A stretch of 64,000 nt of DNA from an uncultured Fibrobacterota bacterium (GCA_963753345.1 CAVWBU010000041.1:128001-192000), one strand, 5' to 3'. Numbered from the stretch's first letter, positions 1 to 10,902 are shown. Notes: generated by a model not told the origin, from the sequence alone. Made by a program: numbers and translations.

Positions 1-152
1 TTAGGGGCGACTGGAGGCCGTGCCAGAGCACGGTGCCGCCCGGACCCGGCCCTGTGGGCCATAGGGCCGTGGCGGCCGGAGGCCGAAGGCCGAGACCAGA
101 AGGAGAACCGACCCCCAGTAGAGCCATGCGGCTCTACTGGGGGAAACGCCTA
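1..152 (-). repeat. Structured repeat family A, copy A1 (truncated by window edge)
   Basis: Reverse complement reads GGCGTT-TCCCCCAGTAGAGCC..GGCTCTACTGGGGG-TCGG..CTCCTTC..GGTCTCGGCCTTCGGCCTC..CCGTGCTCTGGCACGG-CCTCCAGTC..CCTAA, matching the other A copies. Confidence 0.85.
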
Positions 153-177
153 AATTCCAACACGGAATTATTATTTA

Positions 178-831
178 TCAACCAAACATCTCGCCCTCAA
201 CCATCGCGCACAGGCAATGGTACACGGGCTGGTGGAGCTGCTGCACCTTGTACGTAACCTCTTCGGGAACGCACACAAGGACGTCGCAGCCGAGGTCTTT
301 CACTTTGCCGCCGCTCTTGCCGGTAAGGCACACCACGCCAAGCCCGAATATCTTTGCCACCATGATGGCGCGGACCACGTTTTTTGAACTGCCCGACGTG
401 GTGAGAGCCAAAAGCACGTCCCCTTTCCTGCCGTAGCCGAAGACCTGCTGCGCGAAAATCATCTCCGCGTCCTCGTCGTTCGCGATGGCGGTGAGGAGCG
501 GCGAATGCGCCGACAGGGAAACGGCGGGAAGCTGGCGCTGGAGGTGCCTCAGGAGAAACTGCTTGTCATTGAGCGACGACTGGCTTGCCTTGATTCTTTC
601 ACAATCCGCGGTCGTCAGCTTGCGTTTGAGCGCGAATTTGTTCATCAACTCGCCCACGATGTGGTCGGCGTCGGCCGCGCTGCCGCCGTTGCCGCATGCG
701 AGCACCTTGCCGCCGTTCTTGAAGCAGGCGACGAGCAGGTCGAACGCCCGTACAATATCGCCTTCGAACGGCTCAAGCGCCGGATAGGAAGTGAGGCATT
801 CGTCAAGATACTGCTTTGCGGATGATTTCAT
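178..831 (-). CDS. gmhA: Phosphoheptose (sedoheptulose-7-phosphate) isomerase, SIS domain
   Basis: Motifs CGNGGSAADADHIVGEL, TAIAND, IFAQQV, TSGSSKNV, QQLH. Start placed at the ATG of MKSSAK (831); the ORF track extends to 852. Confidence 0.9.
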   Translation of the reverse strand: MKSSAKQYLDECLTSYPALEPFEGDIVRAFDLLVACFKNGGKVLACGNGGSAADADHIVGELMNKFALKRKLTTADCERIKASQSSLNDKQFLLRHLQRQLPAVSLSAHSPLLTAIANDEDAEMIFAQQVFGYGRKGDVLLALTTSGSSKNVVRAIMVAKIFGLGVVCLTGKSGGKVKDLGCDVLVCVPEEVTYKVQQLHQPVYHCLCAMVEGEMFG

Positions 832-867
832 GGGGTACTGCTTTCCAAACAAGAATAAGTAATTGAG

Positions 868-1005
868 TTGGGCGTTACCCCGCTACGCGGGGTCGGCCCT
901 CCTTACGGTCTCGGCCTTCGGCCTCGGGCTGCCTACCACAAAGGCCCTGCGGGCCGTGGTCAGGCAGCACCGCGCTCCAGCGCGGCCTTCAGTCCTGCCT
1001 AACGC
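868..1005 (+). repeat. Structured repeat family A, copy A2
   Basis: TTGGGCGTT-ACCCCGCTACGCGGGGT-CGG..GGTCTCGGCCTTCGGCCTCG..GGCCCTGCGGGCC..CCGCGCTCCAGCGCGG..CAGTCCTGCCTAACGC. Confidence 0.9.
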
Positions 1006-1046
1006 AAAAGACACAACCTGCAATAATCTACCGCTCTTTCGCTCTT

Positions 1047-1078
1047 AACTGTCAACTGCCAACCGTCAACTGTCAACT
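1047..1078. repeat. Heptamer tandem repeat, ~4.5 x AACTGTC
   Basis: aactgtc aactgcc aaccgtc aactgtc aact, directly after the ilvD stop codon. Confidence 0.8.
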
Positions 1079-1079
1079 T

Positions 1080-2916
1080 CTATTCTCTAGGCAATTCGCG
1101 CACCGCCCCCCTGTCGGCCGAGGTGGTGAACAGCGCGTACGCCCTGAGCGCCTCGGAAACCACGCGCCTGCGTTTCGGCTTGAACGCGTTTTTCCCTTTT
1201 TTCAATTCGGCCTTCCTGCGCTTGGCGAGCTCTGCCGCGGAGAGTTTCACGTTGACTTTCCGGCCGGGTATGTCGACCTCGATGATGTCGCCGTTTTTGA
1301 GCAGGCCCACGTCGCCGCCCGCGGCGGCTTCGGGAGAAACATGGCCTATTGACAAACCGGACGATCCCCCGGAGAACCTGCCGTCGGTGAGCAGGGCGCA
1401 GGTGTCGCTCAGATGCATGGACCGCAGATACGACGTGGGATACAGCATTTCCTGCATGCCGGGCCCGCCCTTGGGGCCTTCGTGGATGATGACTACAACG
1501 TCGCCGGCCTTCACCTTGTGCCCGAGGATGCCTTCCGCGGCCTGGTCCTGCGAATGGAACACCTTTGCCGGACCGTGAAAAGCGGAACATGGACGCCGCC
1601 ACGCCGGCGGCTTTCACCACGCAGCCTTTCCGGGCGATATTGCCGAAGAGCACGGCAAGCCCGCCGTCTTTGCTGTAGGGAGTTTTTGCCGACCGGATGC
1701 AGCCTTTCTGCCGGTCTTTGTCGAGTTCCGGATACATCGTGTCCTGGGAGCCGAGCGCGAGGTTGCGCTGGCCGCCGCCGGGCGCGCTGCGGCAATTCTC
1801 GATGGCAAAGGGCAGCACCCGCGGGTCGAGAATGTCGTTCTGCCGGATCACTTCGCCGAGGCTGGCTCCGGCCGCGTGCGGCACGGCGCCGTCGACAAGG
1901 CCGGCGCGGGCAAGCTCGCCCATGATCCCCATGATGCCGCCCGCGCGGTTGACGTCCTCGACATGGAAATGGGAACTCGGCGCCACCTTGCACAGCACCG
2001 GGATCTTCCTCGAGAGCGCGTCGATGTCCTTCATGGTGAAGGCGACGCCCGCGGCATGCGCGATGGCCAGCAGGTGCAGCACGGTATTGGTCGAGCCGCC
2101 CATGGCGATGTCGAGGCTCATGGCGTTGACAAAAGCCTTTCGCGTCGCAATGGAGCGCGGCAGCACCGAGTCGTCGCCCGTTTCGTAATACGCATTTGTC
2201 ATTTCGACGATGCGGCGCGCCGCGTTTTCAAAGAGGCGCAGCCTGTTGGTGTGCGTCGCCACAACGGTACCGTTGCCGGGCAGTGCAATGCCGAGGGCCT
2301 CGTTGAGGCAGTTCATGGAATTGGCGGTAAAGAGCCCGGAGCACGACCCGCACGACGGGCATGCGGCAAACTCGATGTCGCGGATGTCCGCGTCCGGCAC
2401 CGCGCTGTCGGCCGACATCACCATGGCGTCGATCAGGTCGTACTTTCTTCCCTTCCACGTGCCGGCCTCCATGGGCCCGCCCGAGACGAAAATCGCCGGC
2501 ACGTTAAGCCGCATCGCGGCCATCATCATGCCGGGGGTTATCTTGTCGCAGTTGGAAATGCAGATCATGGCGTCGGCCATGTGGGCGTTCATCATGTATT
2601 CGACGCTGTCGGCGATGAGCTCGCGCGACGGCAGCGAGTACAGCATCCCGTCGTGGCCCATGGCGATGCCGTCGTCGATGGCGATGGTGTCGAACTCGGC
2701 CGCGAAACACCCCTGCGCCTCGATGATCGCCTTGATGCGCTGCCCGATGTCGTGGAGATGCACGTGCCCCGGCACGAACTGCGTGAAGGAATTGACAATT
2801 GCAATTATCGGCTTCCCGAACTGCTCCTCTTTCATGCCGTTGGCCCGCCAGAGGCTCCGGGCCCCGGCCATGCGGCGGCCGGCCGTGGTTGTCGCGCTGC
2901 GCAAGGTATGCGTCAT
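1080..2916 (-). CDS. ilvD: Dihydroxy-acid dehydratase; split by one extra base at ~1580 (likely sequencing indel)
   Basis: N-terminal part has [42 protein letters not shown]-terminal part (1080..1562) has [16 protein letters not shown] and TDGRFSGG. Removing one T from a TTTT run gives [10 protein letters not shown] and joins the frames. Confidence 0.95.
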
Positions 2917-3022
2917 GCCTGTTCCTTTCCGTGAATCGGCGATTGGCGGAACGATGTCTGCCTCATAAAATCGTTGAAAATCGGCCCGGCATCAAGAAAA
3001 TTCGGCTGGGGCCGGCGCGCCG

Positions 3023-3985
3023 CTACCGTTGTTCCAGGCTGTCAAGAAGCCGGCGGTATTGCCGCGCCCTGGGACTGTCGGAGAAATCGATCTGGTCGGG
3101 AGAAAACACCTTGTCGATGCGGTAGAACGGCGTGAACGTGCCGTGCGGACGCGCGGTGGGCCTGCCGCATGAGTCCGCGAAGCAGAAATCGCGCGGCATA
3201 AGCACCGGGGAACTTGCGGGAACAAACTGGTCGGCGGTGAAATCGAGGATGTACTCCACGCCGTCGACCACCACCAGGTCGAAGCTGTGGAACGCGGTCA
3301 TGAACAGGCCCTGGGCCCGGTAACAGGTGATGCCGCGTTTTGTAAAGTACTTCGCGACGATCGTGGAAAAGGGGACGCACGCCCCCTCGTCCTTCGGGTC
3401 TATTCTTGATTTGTAAAGTTCGAACACCTCGCGCGCCGGACCGCCATAGCGCAGGCAGAAGCTTGCGCGGTCGGTCGAAACGGCGGCCGGAAAAATTCTT
3501 TTTCCGGCCTGGCGCGGCTGAAGGACCCTTGCGCAGGTGGAATCGGCAAGGACGCCGCAGAAGCCCCGGAAATAGTCGTTGCGCACGCCGCACCCCGCCG
3601 GCCCCTCGGTAAGAACGGTGTCCCTGCCCTTTAGCTTCGCGAGCAGCGGAACCACGCGGCATTCCACGCGGTTTCCCTTCACCACGCGCTCTTTCTTTCC
3701 CGCAGAGTCGATCCACAGAAAGCTGAAGCGGTTGCGCGAGGCCACCGGAGCGAAATTCACCTTCTTAAACCCGCTGCCGCAGTCCGCGTAAACGTTGTAC
3801 GCCGACGCCCCGGCGACAGATCCCCACGAAAGCGTGACCATGTCTTCACCGAACTGCGCGGCAACCGGAAACCGGCATTGCGCCGTATCGTTTCCCCCGC
3901 AACAGGCAGCCGCGGCGGCCAGAAGGCAAAGCAGGGTTCTCAACAATCGGCAAAACATCCGAACAAAATAATAGAAGGGCTGCAC
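3023..3985 (-). CDS. Secreted hypothetical protein: Fn3-like N-terminus plus transglutaminase/papain-like C-terminus
   Basis: Hydrophobic leader; LSWGSVAGASAYNVY (Fn3-like); ACVPFS...FHSF...YILDFTADQF resembles a Cys-His-Asp triad. Start uncertain (3985 or 3958). Confidence 0.55.
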   Translation of the reverse strand: MQPFYYFVRMFCRLLRTLLCLLAAAAACCGGNDTAQCRFPVAAQFGEDMVTLSWGSVAGASAYNVYADCGSGFKKVNFAPVASRNRFSFLWIDSAGKKERVVKGNRVECRVVPLLAKLKGRDTVLTEGPAGCGVRNDYFRGFCGVLADSTCARVLQPRQAGKRIFPAAVSTDRASFCLRYGGPAREVFELYKSRIDPKDEGACVPFSTIVAKYFTKRGITCYRAQGLFMTAFHSFDLVVVDGVEYILDFTADQFVPASSPVLMPRDFCFADSCGRPTARPHGTFTPFYRIDKVFSPDQIDFSDSPRARQYRRLLDSLEQR

Positions 3986-4063
3986 GACAGGATGCCGCGA
4001 CTGTGTACCGTGCGTAAGAGCCGACGCCCATTGCGGTTCGGAAACAGGGAAACGTTTTTGATG

Positions 4064-4459
4064 CTATTGAGAAGCTTCCTGCACCTGCTGCCCGCCCTCG
4101 TCAACGGCCTCGTCTTCCGCACCCGAATCATCGGCATCGGGGACGTCGGCGCCGGCGCTATCGGCGGGTTTTTGGGCAGTAACGGGAGGGGGCGGGAGCC
4201 TGTCGCGGATTTCCTTGAGAATCCGGATAATGAGGTCGTTCTGCTTCACTATTCTGTCCGACATGTTGCCGCCGGATTCCCGCTTGAACCGGTCGTTGCG
4301 GTGCCGCGGATGCTGGCCGCCGTTGAATCCGGTGGCAGGGCTGTAGTTATAGCTCGTGCTGGGACTGTAATTCGGCATTTTCTCGGGATACTTGGGCTGG
4401 CCCATTTTCCTGTTGCCCATGTTGGACATGGCGGCTCTCTGGGAATCGTCGGTAATCAT
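4064..4459 (-). CDS. Small hypothetical protein with a short coiled-coil and an acidic low-complexity tail
   Basis: Fills the gap between miaA and the 3023 gene on the same strand, with an AAAGGAG RBS upstream; amphipathic SDRIVKQNDLIIRILKEIRDRL. Confidence 0.6.
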   Translation of the reverse strand: MITDDSQRAAMSNMGNRKMGQPKYPEKMPNYSPSTSYNYSPATGFNGGQHPRHRNDRFKRESGGNMSDRIVKQNDLIIRILKEIRDRLPPPPVTAQKPADSAGADVPDADDSGAEDEAVDEGGQQVQEASQ

Positions 4460-4685
4460 GCCACGGTCTCCTTTCGTTCAAGCATCTTCGCTGCCGGCAG
4501 GGTGTTGCAGCGAACCGTCCATGCGTTGTCGGGCACGCTTGGGAAAGCCTGTCCTGCCCGCGCTGGCGCGCGGGCACTCCGCGACATGCAGCGTCGCGGT
4601 GGAACTCTTCAGAGGAGATTATACCACGGCCGGAGCTTTGTTTCCAGTAAAAAAAAACGAGGGCTGCGCACTGTGGGACGTGCGC

Positions 4686-5633
4686 TCAGGGGTTGAGGAA
4701 CCTCCCCACAATGCCCGCCGCTTCGTCGCAGGCGCGCTCGCCCGCCGCAATTTCCCTCTCTTTCTCCTGATGGCGGAACCAGGTGATCTGCCGCTTCGCG
4801 TAGTTGCGGGTGTCCTGTTTTACCTTCTCAACGGTCTCGTCCAGGGTCGCCTCGCGCTTTTCAAATGCGAAGAACTCCCGGTAGCCCACGCACAGCATGC
4901 CCGGCGACTTTTCGTTGTACCCCCGCCGAACGAGCGAGTGGAATTCGTCAAGCAGTCCCCTCTTCATCATGTCGTCGACTCGGGCGTCGATCCTGCGATA
5001 CAGCGCTTCCCGGCCAAGGGAAAGGAGCATGACGTCGAACTCCAGGTCGCCGGGAGGGACCGCGAGCTTTTTAAGCCGTGAAAGCGGTTGTCCCGCGGCG
5101 TGGAACACCTCGAGCGCGCGGATGTTCCGCTGGAGGTTTGAAGCGTGGCTGGCCGCCGCCGTGGCCGGATCAACGGCCGCGAGCTCATCGAACACCGCCT
5201 GCCTGCCCTGCGTTTGCGCCATGGCACGGTACTTCGCGCGGACCCTGGGGTCCTCGGCAACCTGCGGTCCCAGGCCGCGGCTGAGCGCCTGAAAGTACAG
5301 ACCGCTCCCGCCGCACACTAAAACGCATTTGCCAAGTTCTGCCCTCTCACGAATGATCCGCCCCGCCTCGCGGCCGAATTCATGCGCCGAGTACCGCACG
5401 TCCGGGTCGATGATGTCGATCATCCAGTGGCGAACGCGCGCCATGTCGGCGGCCGGGGGCTTTGCGGTGCCGATGTCCATACAGCGGTAGATCTGCCGCG
5501 AATCGCACGAGAGCATCTCAAGCCCGAGCCGTTCGCATACCGCAAGTGCGATCGACGACTTGCCCGACGCGGTGGGTCCGAGCAGAACGGGAACCTTGAG
5601 TTTATCGGGAGCGGCCAATTTGACATACTCCAA
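4686..5633 (-). CDS. miaA: tRNA dimethylallyltransferase
   Basis: GPTASGKS, DSRQIYRCMDIGTAKP, GGSGLY, RALEV, TRNYAKRQITWFR. Confidence 0.95.
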   Translation of the reverse strand: MEYVKLAAPDKLKVPVLLGPTASGKSSIALAVCERLGLEMLSCDSRQIYRCMDIGTAKPPAADMARVRHWMIDIIDPDVRYSAHEFGREAGRIIRERAELGKCVLVCGGSGLYFQALSRGLGPQVAEDPRVRAKYRAMAQTQGRQAVFDELAAVDPATAAASHASNLQRNIRALEVFHAAGQPLSRLKKLAVPPGDLEFDVMLLSLGREALYRRIDARVDDMMKRGLLDEFHSLVRRGYNEKSPGMLCVGYREFFAFEKREATLDETVEKVKQDTRNYAKRQITWFRHQEKEREIAAGERACDEAAGIVGRFLNP

Positions 5634-5666
5634 TACAACGGGTATTTTTACTGCTCATCTTCTGGT

Positions 5667-6847
5667 ATGCGGGAGAAAAACATCGCCCCAACGCAGTCAT
5701 CAAGGCGCCGGCATCTGTTCGCACCGCGGCGGCGGCCGCGGCCTGTATCATTGCAATCGTGTGTTTCGGCGCGCTTGTCGCGCGCAAACCGGGTTTGCTC
5801 GGCACCGTGCTTCACTGGCCGCGTTCGGCCCTGCTTCATCCCGGCCCGGACGCTGGAAAAAATACAACACAGCCCGGCCGCCTCCCCATTGAATCGGCGA
5901 TACGGAAACGGCTTGCAGAACTCGAAGTGCGGCCCGGCGACATCGTCGCGCAGGTATCCCCGCAGGACCGCTCGCTTTCGCTCAAGGCCGCGGTGCCGAA
6001 AGGCAAACCGTTCGAGTGGATCGTGCGGCAGCTGTCAACCGCCGCGGAAGGCACGCCGTACCGGGTGTCGGACTGCGTCGTTGACGAAAAGAAATCATCG
6101 TGCACCATCACCTTCTCGTCTCCCTCGAAGCGCGACCCGGCGGTGACGCTCGCCGTCTCGACCGCCGAAAAGTTCCTCACCGGCACGGCCGATATGGCTG
6201 TGGTCGTGGAAGACCTCGAGGATACGGCGTACCCGATTGCCGTGTCGGTGCTTTCGTTTTCCGAACCGCTCACCATATCCCTGGCGCCCGCGGGAAAGAA
6301 AGCGTCGCTCATCGCGCAGCTCGCCGAACAGTACAAAAAGGAAGTGGTGGTCCGGCTTCCCCTGGAACCGCCCGGAAAAGTGCCGGCCGAATTCCAGAAG
6401 TCCGTCATCATGATCCATTACCCGGAACGGACCATACGCGGCCTTGTCGGCGACGCCGCGCGGCGTTTCCCTGATGTCAAGGGGTTCTCCAACCTCTGGG
6501 GCTCACGGGCGCTCGAAGACACCCGGGTGATGACCTTTGTGCTGGAAGAGGCGCGGAACCGGGGCGCGTACTTTGTCGAAACGAACCCGGCAAAGAACTC
6601 GATAGCGGGCGCCGTGGCGGAGCGGTTGGGCGTTCCGTACGAGAGCCTGTCGCTGCGGCTCGAAAAAACCTCGGCGCCGGATATTGTCGCGGAAATCAAG
6701 CGGCAGTCAGCCGCCGCCCAGGCAAGGGGCTCGCTCGTGCTGCGCTGCGCCGGCAGCCGCGCCCTGGCCGACGCGCTCAAGGCCGCGCTGCCCTACCTCC
6801 GGCAGAGCGGCATCAGGCTCGTTCGTGCTTCCGAAATAGTCAAGTAA
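5667..6847 (+). CDS. Divergent polysaccharide deacetylase family (YibQ-like) protein with an N-terminal membrane anchor
   Basis: C-terminal VVVEDL...LPLEP...VKGFSNLWGS...YFVET...LVRASEI pattern. ATG at 5667 joins the long frame (AGEKHRPN..AAACIIAIVCF) if one G is restored; the ORF track begins at 5759. Confidence 0.7.
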
Positions 6848-6897
6848 GCGCCCGCCCCGTTAAAAAAGTATATTGAAATCAGGAAAGGAGCCTTCCC

Positions 6898-7611
6898 ATG
6901 GCAACGCTTGGAGTGAACATCGACCACATCGCCACCATTCGACAGGCCCGCGGCGGCAAGGACCCGGATCCGGTCCAGGCCGCGGCCATCGCCGAGCTCG
7001 CGGGCGCGCACGGCATCACCGCGCACCTGCGCGAGGACCGGCGGCACATGCAGGACAGGGACATTTACCTGCTCAAGCAATCGGTCTCCACCAGACTCAA
7101 TCTGGAAATGGCCGCTACACCCGAGATCGTCAAGATCGCGGTCGACGTGCTTCCCTGGATGGTGACGCTGGTTCCTGAAAGGCGCGAAGAGCGCACCACC
7201 GAAGGCGGCCTGTCGCTCCAGGGAAAAGAGCGCGACCTTGCGAAGACGCTTGAGTCGTTTCGCAACAACAATATTCTGGTGAGCCTTTTCATCGACCCGG
7301 AAATCCACCAGATCAAGGCGGCAAGCAAGACCGGCGCCACACACGTGGAGCTGCACACCGGTTACTACGCAAACGCAAAGGGACAACAGGCGCAATCCGA
7401 CGAGCTTGCGCGCCTGCGCGACGCGGCAATGGTCGCGGTGAAGCTCGGGCTCCACGTGAATGCCGGGCACGGGCTCACCTACCAGAACGTGACCGCAGTG
7501 GCCGACATCGACGGCGTCGAGGAACTCAACATAGGCCACAGCATCGTGGCGCGCGCATCACTGGTAGGACTTGACCGGGCCGTGAGAGACATGCTTACGC
7601 TGATTGAGTAG
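6898..7611 (+). CDS. pdxJ: Pyridoxine 5'-phosphate synthase
   Basis: [55 protein letters not shown]. Confidence 0.97.
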   Translation: MATLGVNIDHIATIRQARGGKDPDPVQAAAIAELAGAHGITAHLREDRRHMQDRDIYLLKQSVSTRLNLEMAATPEIVKIAVDVLPWMVTLVPERREERTTEGGLSLQGKERDLAKTLESFRNNNILVSLFIDPEIHQIKAASKTGATHVELHTGYYANAKGQQAQSDELARLRDAAMVAVKLGLHVNAGHGLTYQNVTAVADIDGVEELNIGHSIVARASLVGLDRAVRDMLTLIE

Positions 7612-7617
7612 GCGATG

Positions 7618-7699
7618 AATTGTAGATTGTGGAATGTAGATTGTAGATTTTAATTGACGGATGCAAGGTGTTCACAATCCGCATTCTGCAATCCACAAT
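7618..7699. repeat. Inverted pair of heptamer tandem repeats
   Basis: Left arm aattgta gattgtg gaatgta gattgta gatt; right arm aatccgc attctgc aatccac aat. Lies between convergent genes. Confidence 0.8.
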
Positions 7700-7760
7700 A
7701 GAGAATTAAAAAAAATAATAAAGAGTTGGTAGGAGTTGCATTGATTTAGGTGGAACTCCC

Positions 7761-9068
7761 TCACCCCGCCTTCACTTTCCCCTTCACCTTCACCTTTGCG
7801 CTTGCCTTCGGAATAACCTCTTGCTTTTCGCTTATCCCCGCGGCTCTCGGAGGCTTTATATACTTGATCTCGGTCGGCAGTCCCATGTTGTCAAGAAGCC
7901 CGATAAACGGGTCCGGATCGAGCTCCTCTACGTTCACCATGGTCTTCGGGTTCCACGTTCCGTTCGCGACAAGCATGGCCGCAGCAGCGACAGGAACGCC
8001 CGCCGTATAGGAGATAGCCTGCGATTCGACTTCCTCGTAGCACTTCTTGTGGTCGCAGATGTTATAAATGAAGATTTCCTTTTCCTTGCCGTCCTTTTTG
8101 CCTTTTGTAAGGTTGCCGATGCAGGTCTTTCCGGTGTACACCTGCGCCAGCGTGCTCGGGTCGGGAAGGCAAGCCTTCACCACTTTTAGCGGAACGGTCA
8201 CGAGGCCCTCGGCCGTGGTCACGGGCTGGTGCGACAGCAGCCCGATGTTCTTGAGCACGGTGAATACGTTGATGTAGTGGTCGGAAAATCCCATCCAGAA
8301 GCGGATGCTGTTCGCGTCGATGTTCTTTGAAAGCGAATGAAGCTCGTCGTGACCGTTGAGGTACACGGTCTGTTTCCCCACAACGGGAAACGTGTAGACC
8401 ATTTTCTCGTCGTGGATGGGCTTGCACACCCACTTGCGGTCGATCCAGGTCCACACCTTGATGAATTCCCTGAAGTTAATCTCCGGGTCGAAGTTGGTGG
8501 CAAAGTACTTGCCGTGCGACCCGGCGTTGACGTCCATGATGTCGATGGTGTCGATGGTGTCGAAATGGTGTTTGACTGCCAGGGCGCAGTAGGCGTTCAC
8601 CACGCCGGGGTCGAACCCCACGCCGAGGATCGCGTTGATGCCGCGCTGCGTGCAGCGGTCCCTGCGCTTCCATTCGTAGTTGGCGTACCACGGCGGGTCT
8701 TCGCACACGCGGTCGGGCTCTTCGTGGATGGCGGTGTCCATGTAGCTCACGCCGGCCTGGATGCACGCCTCCAGCACCGACATGTTGACAAACGCGGACC
8801 CGAGGTTGAGCACGATCTGCGAATTGGTCTCCTTGATGAGCTTGACCGTTGCCGAAACGTCGAGGGCGTTGATCTGGCGGGAAAACAGCTTGCCCGACCT
8901 GTTCTTGATGTTGTTCTTCCGCATCACGCTGTCGATGATCGCGTCGCACTTGTACTGCGTGCGCGACGCGACGCAGATGTCGCCCAGAACGTCGTTGTGC
9001 TGCGCGCACTTGTGCGCGGCCACGTGCGCCACGGCGCCCGCCCCAATGATCAATACGTTTCGTTTCAT
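7761..9068 (-). CDS. Carboxynorspermidine synthase (saccharopine dehydrogenase family)
   Basis: IIGAGAVAHVAAHKCAQ, GVGFDPGV, ATNFDPEIN, SQAISYTAGVP; directly downstream of nspC. Confidence 0.9.
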   Translation of the reverse strand: MKRNVLIIGAGAVAHVAAHKCAQHNDVLGDICVASRTQYKCDAIIDSVMRKNNIKNRSGKLFSRQINALDVSATVKLIKETNSQIVLNLGSAFVNMSVLEACIQAGVSYMDTAIHEEPDRVCEDPPWYANYEWKRRDRCTQRGINAILGVGFDPGVVNAYCALAVKHHFDTIDTIDIMDVNAGSHGKYFATNFDPEINFREFIKVWTWIDRKWVCKPIHDEKMVYTFPVVGKQTVYLNGHDELHSLSKNIDANSIRFWMGFSDHYINVFTVLKNIGLLSHQPVTTAEGLVTVPLKVVKACLPDPSTLAQVYTGKTCIGNLTKGKKDGKEKEIFIYNICDHKKCYEEVESQAISYTAGVPVAAAAMLVANGTWNPKTMVNVEELDPDPFIGLLDNMGLPTEIKYIKPPRAAGISEKQEVIPKASAKVKVKGKVKAG

Positions 9069-9083
9069 GGTACTGCGCCCTTC

Positions 9084-10187
9084 TCAGGATAAGTTGTTCT
9101 TGAAATCGTTGAACGAAAACCGTTTTATCACGTCGATGGACCCGTCGAGCCTCCTCACTGCGATCGACGGCATGGAAAGCCCGTTGAACCAGTTCTTCTT
9201 CACCATGGAGTAGCCCGCAGCGTCCGCGAACCGGACGACGCTGCCCGCGCGCAGCGGCCTTTTGAACCGGAACGTCCCGAACACGTCGCCCGCAAGGCAC
9301 GACCTGCCGGCGATTGTGTATTTGTACCGGCCGGTGTCCGAATTGTCAATCTTCGCCGGTATGCGGTAGATGAGCAGGTCGAGCATGTGCGCCTCCATCG
9401 ATGCATCGACGATGGCAATGTTCGCCCCGTTGCGGACAATGTCGACCACCGTGGTCACAAGCTCGGCGGACCGGGTTATCGCGCTCTCGCCCGGTTCAAG
9501 ATACACCTGGACGCCGTGGCGCGCCGCAAACGCGCGGAGCCTTTTGCAGAATGTGTCGAGCGGGTATCCCTCTTTGGTGAAATACAGGCCACCGCCGAGA
9601 CTCACCCACTCCATTTTATCAAGGAGCTTCCCGTACCCGCGCGTGATGCGGTCGAGCGAGGCGCAGAAACTTCCGACGCTGTCGTTTTCGCAGTTGAAAT
9701 GGAACATGAGACCGCTCACGAGATGCGACACCGACGCAAGATCCTTCTTGTCAACAACACCGAGCCTCGAATGCCGGCGGGCGGGGTCTGCGAGGTCGTA
9801 GTGCGAGAAGCTGAACCCGGGGTTAACCCTCAGGCCTATCTTTTTTCCGCGGACAAGAGGGTAAAACCGCCTAAGCTGGGACGCGGAATTGAAGATGATT
9901 TTGTCGGCGTATTTCTTGACTGAAGAGATGTCCTCCTTGGTGTATCCGACGCAATAGGCGTGGGTTTCCTTTCCGAAGGTCTCGCGGCCGAGCCTCGCCT
10001 CGAACAGCGAACTGCTCGTCGTCCCGTCCATGTACTTCCTCATGAGAGGAAACACCGACCACGCCGAAAAACACTTGAGCGCAAGGAGGATTTTTGCGCC
10101 CGATTCCTCGCGTACGCGCTCGATCTTTTTCAGATTGCGGAGCAGTTTCCGTTCGTCAATAAGATAGTATGGAGTCTTGAGAATCAT
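9084..10187 (-). CDS. nspC: Carboxynorspermidine decarboxylase
   Basis: TPYYLIDE, LLALKCF, SSLFEARLG, LRVNP, SRLGV, LEPGE, CLAGDVFG, YSMVKKNWFNG. Start placed at MILKTP. Confidence 0.93.
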   Translation of the reverse strand: MILKTPYYLIDERKLLRNLKKIERVREESGAKILLALKCFSAWSVFPLMRKYMDGTTSSSLFEARLGRETFGKETHAYCVGYTKEDISSVKKYADKIIFNSASQLRRFYPLVRGKKIGLRVNPGFSFSHYDLADPARRHSRLGVVDKKDLASVSHLVSGLMFHFNCENDSVGSFCASLDRITRGYGKLLDKMEWVSLGGGLYFTKEGYPLDTFCKRLRAFAARHGVQVYLEPGESAITRSAELVTTVVDIVRNGANIAIVDASMEAHMLDLLIYRIPAKIDNSDTGRYKYTIAGRSCLAGDVFGTFRFKRPLRAGSVVRFADAAGYSMVKKNWFNGLSMPSIAVRRLDGSIDVIKRFSFNDFKNNLS

Positions 10188-10479
10188 GACCGCCCGGTGG
10201 TTGCAGGAAACAAAACACTTCAATTTGATTGTACATAAATTAACATGAAACGGGAAAAAATAAAAGACTTTTTAGCGGCAGTCTTCTGCTTTGCGGACGC
10301 CGCCATGCGCACGGGAGAACGCCATTGTGCAGAAGATTTGTTGTGAGAAAACAGGTGCCCCCGCAGACCCGGATGGCTCTTTACTTTTCCTTTCAATCGT
10401 GGTACTATTTTAGTGAGCCAATATCATGGTGCATATCCTGCAATCCGAGGCAACCATCAACCATATTTCGGGAGGTGTC

Positions 10480-10902
10480 ATGAAGAATATGCTGCTACCG
10501 GGCCTCGCGCTGATACTCTTTTTATCCTTTGCCGTTTTCGCCCAGAGTGATTCTTCCGCGTCGGCGGACAGCGTTTCAAAAATTCCGAAGGTCTGCAAAC
10601 TCGACAGCATCGCATTTGGAACAGGCGTTGAACAGCGCACGCCGCAGGGCGTTGCCAATGAATTCGGGCCCTCGCCTGCAAAGGTATTCTGCTGGACCAA
10701 AATTTCCATCAATGCCGCTCCCGTGAACATCAAGCATGTCTGGTACAATGGCGACGAGAAAGTGCTCGAGGTGCCGCTCAGGTTGCGGTACGCGTCCGGG
10801 CGCCTCTGGAGCTACAAGACGGTCACGCCGGGACAATGGAAGGTGGACGTGATCGGAGAGAACGGGGAGGTGATCGGGACGGGGAGTTTTTCGGCCAAGT
10901 AG
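10480..10902 (+). CDS. Secreted DUF2914-like Ig-fold protein
   Basis: GGAGG RBS, signal peptide, VFCWTKI...IKHVWY...RLWSYK...PGQWKVDV pattern. Confidence 0.75.
   Translation: MKNMLLPGLALILFLSFAVFAQSDSSASADSVSKIPKVCKLDSIAFGTGVEQRTPQGVANEFGPSPAKVFCWTKISINAAPVNIKHVWYNGDEKVLEVPLRLRYASGRLWSYKTVTPGQWKVDVIGENGEVIGTGSFSAK

Noticed and set aside
1560-1600. Programmed frameshift or pseudogenisation of ilvD, and similarly of the aldolase/SDR, FmdB, VWA and LRR genes
   Set aside because: Single-base indels, often in short homopolymers, affect many unrelated genes whose halves are otherwise intact. Sequencing error is the simplest explanation.
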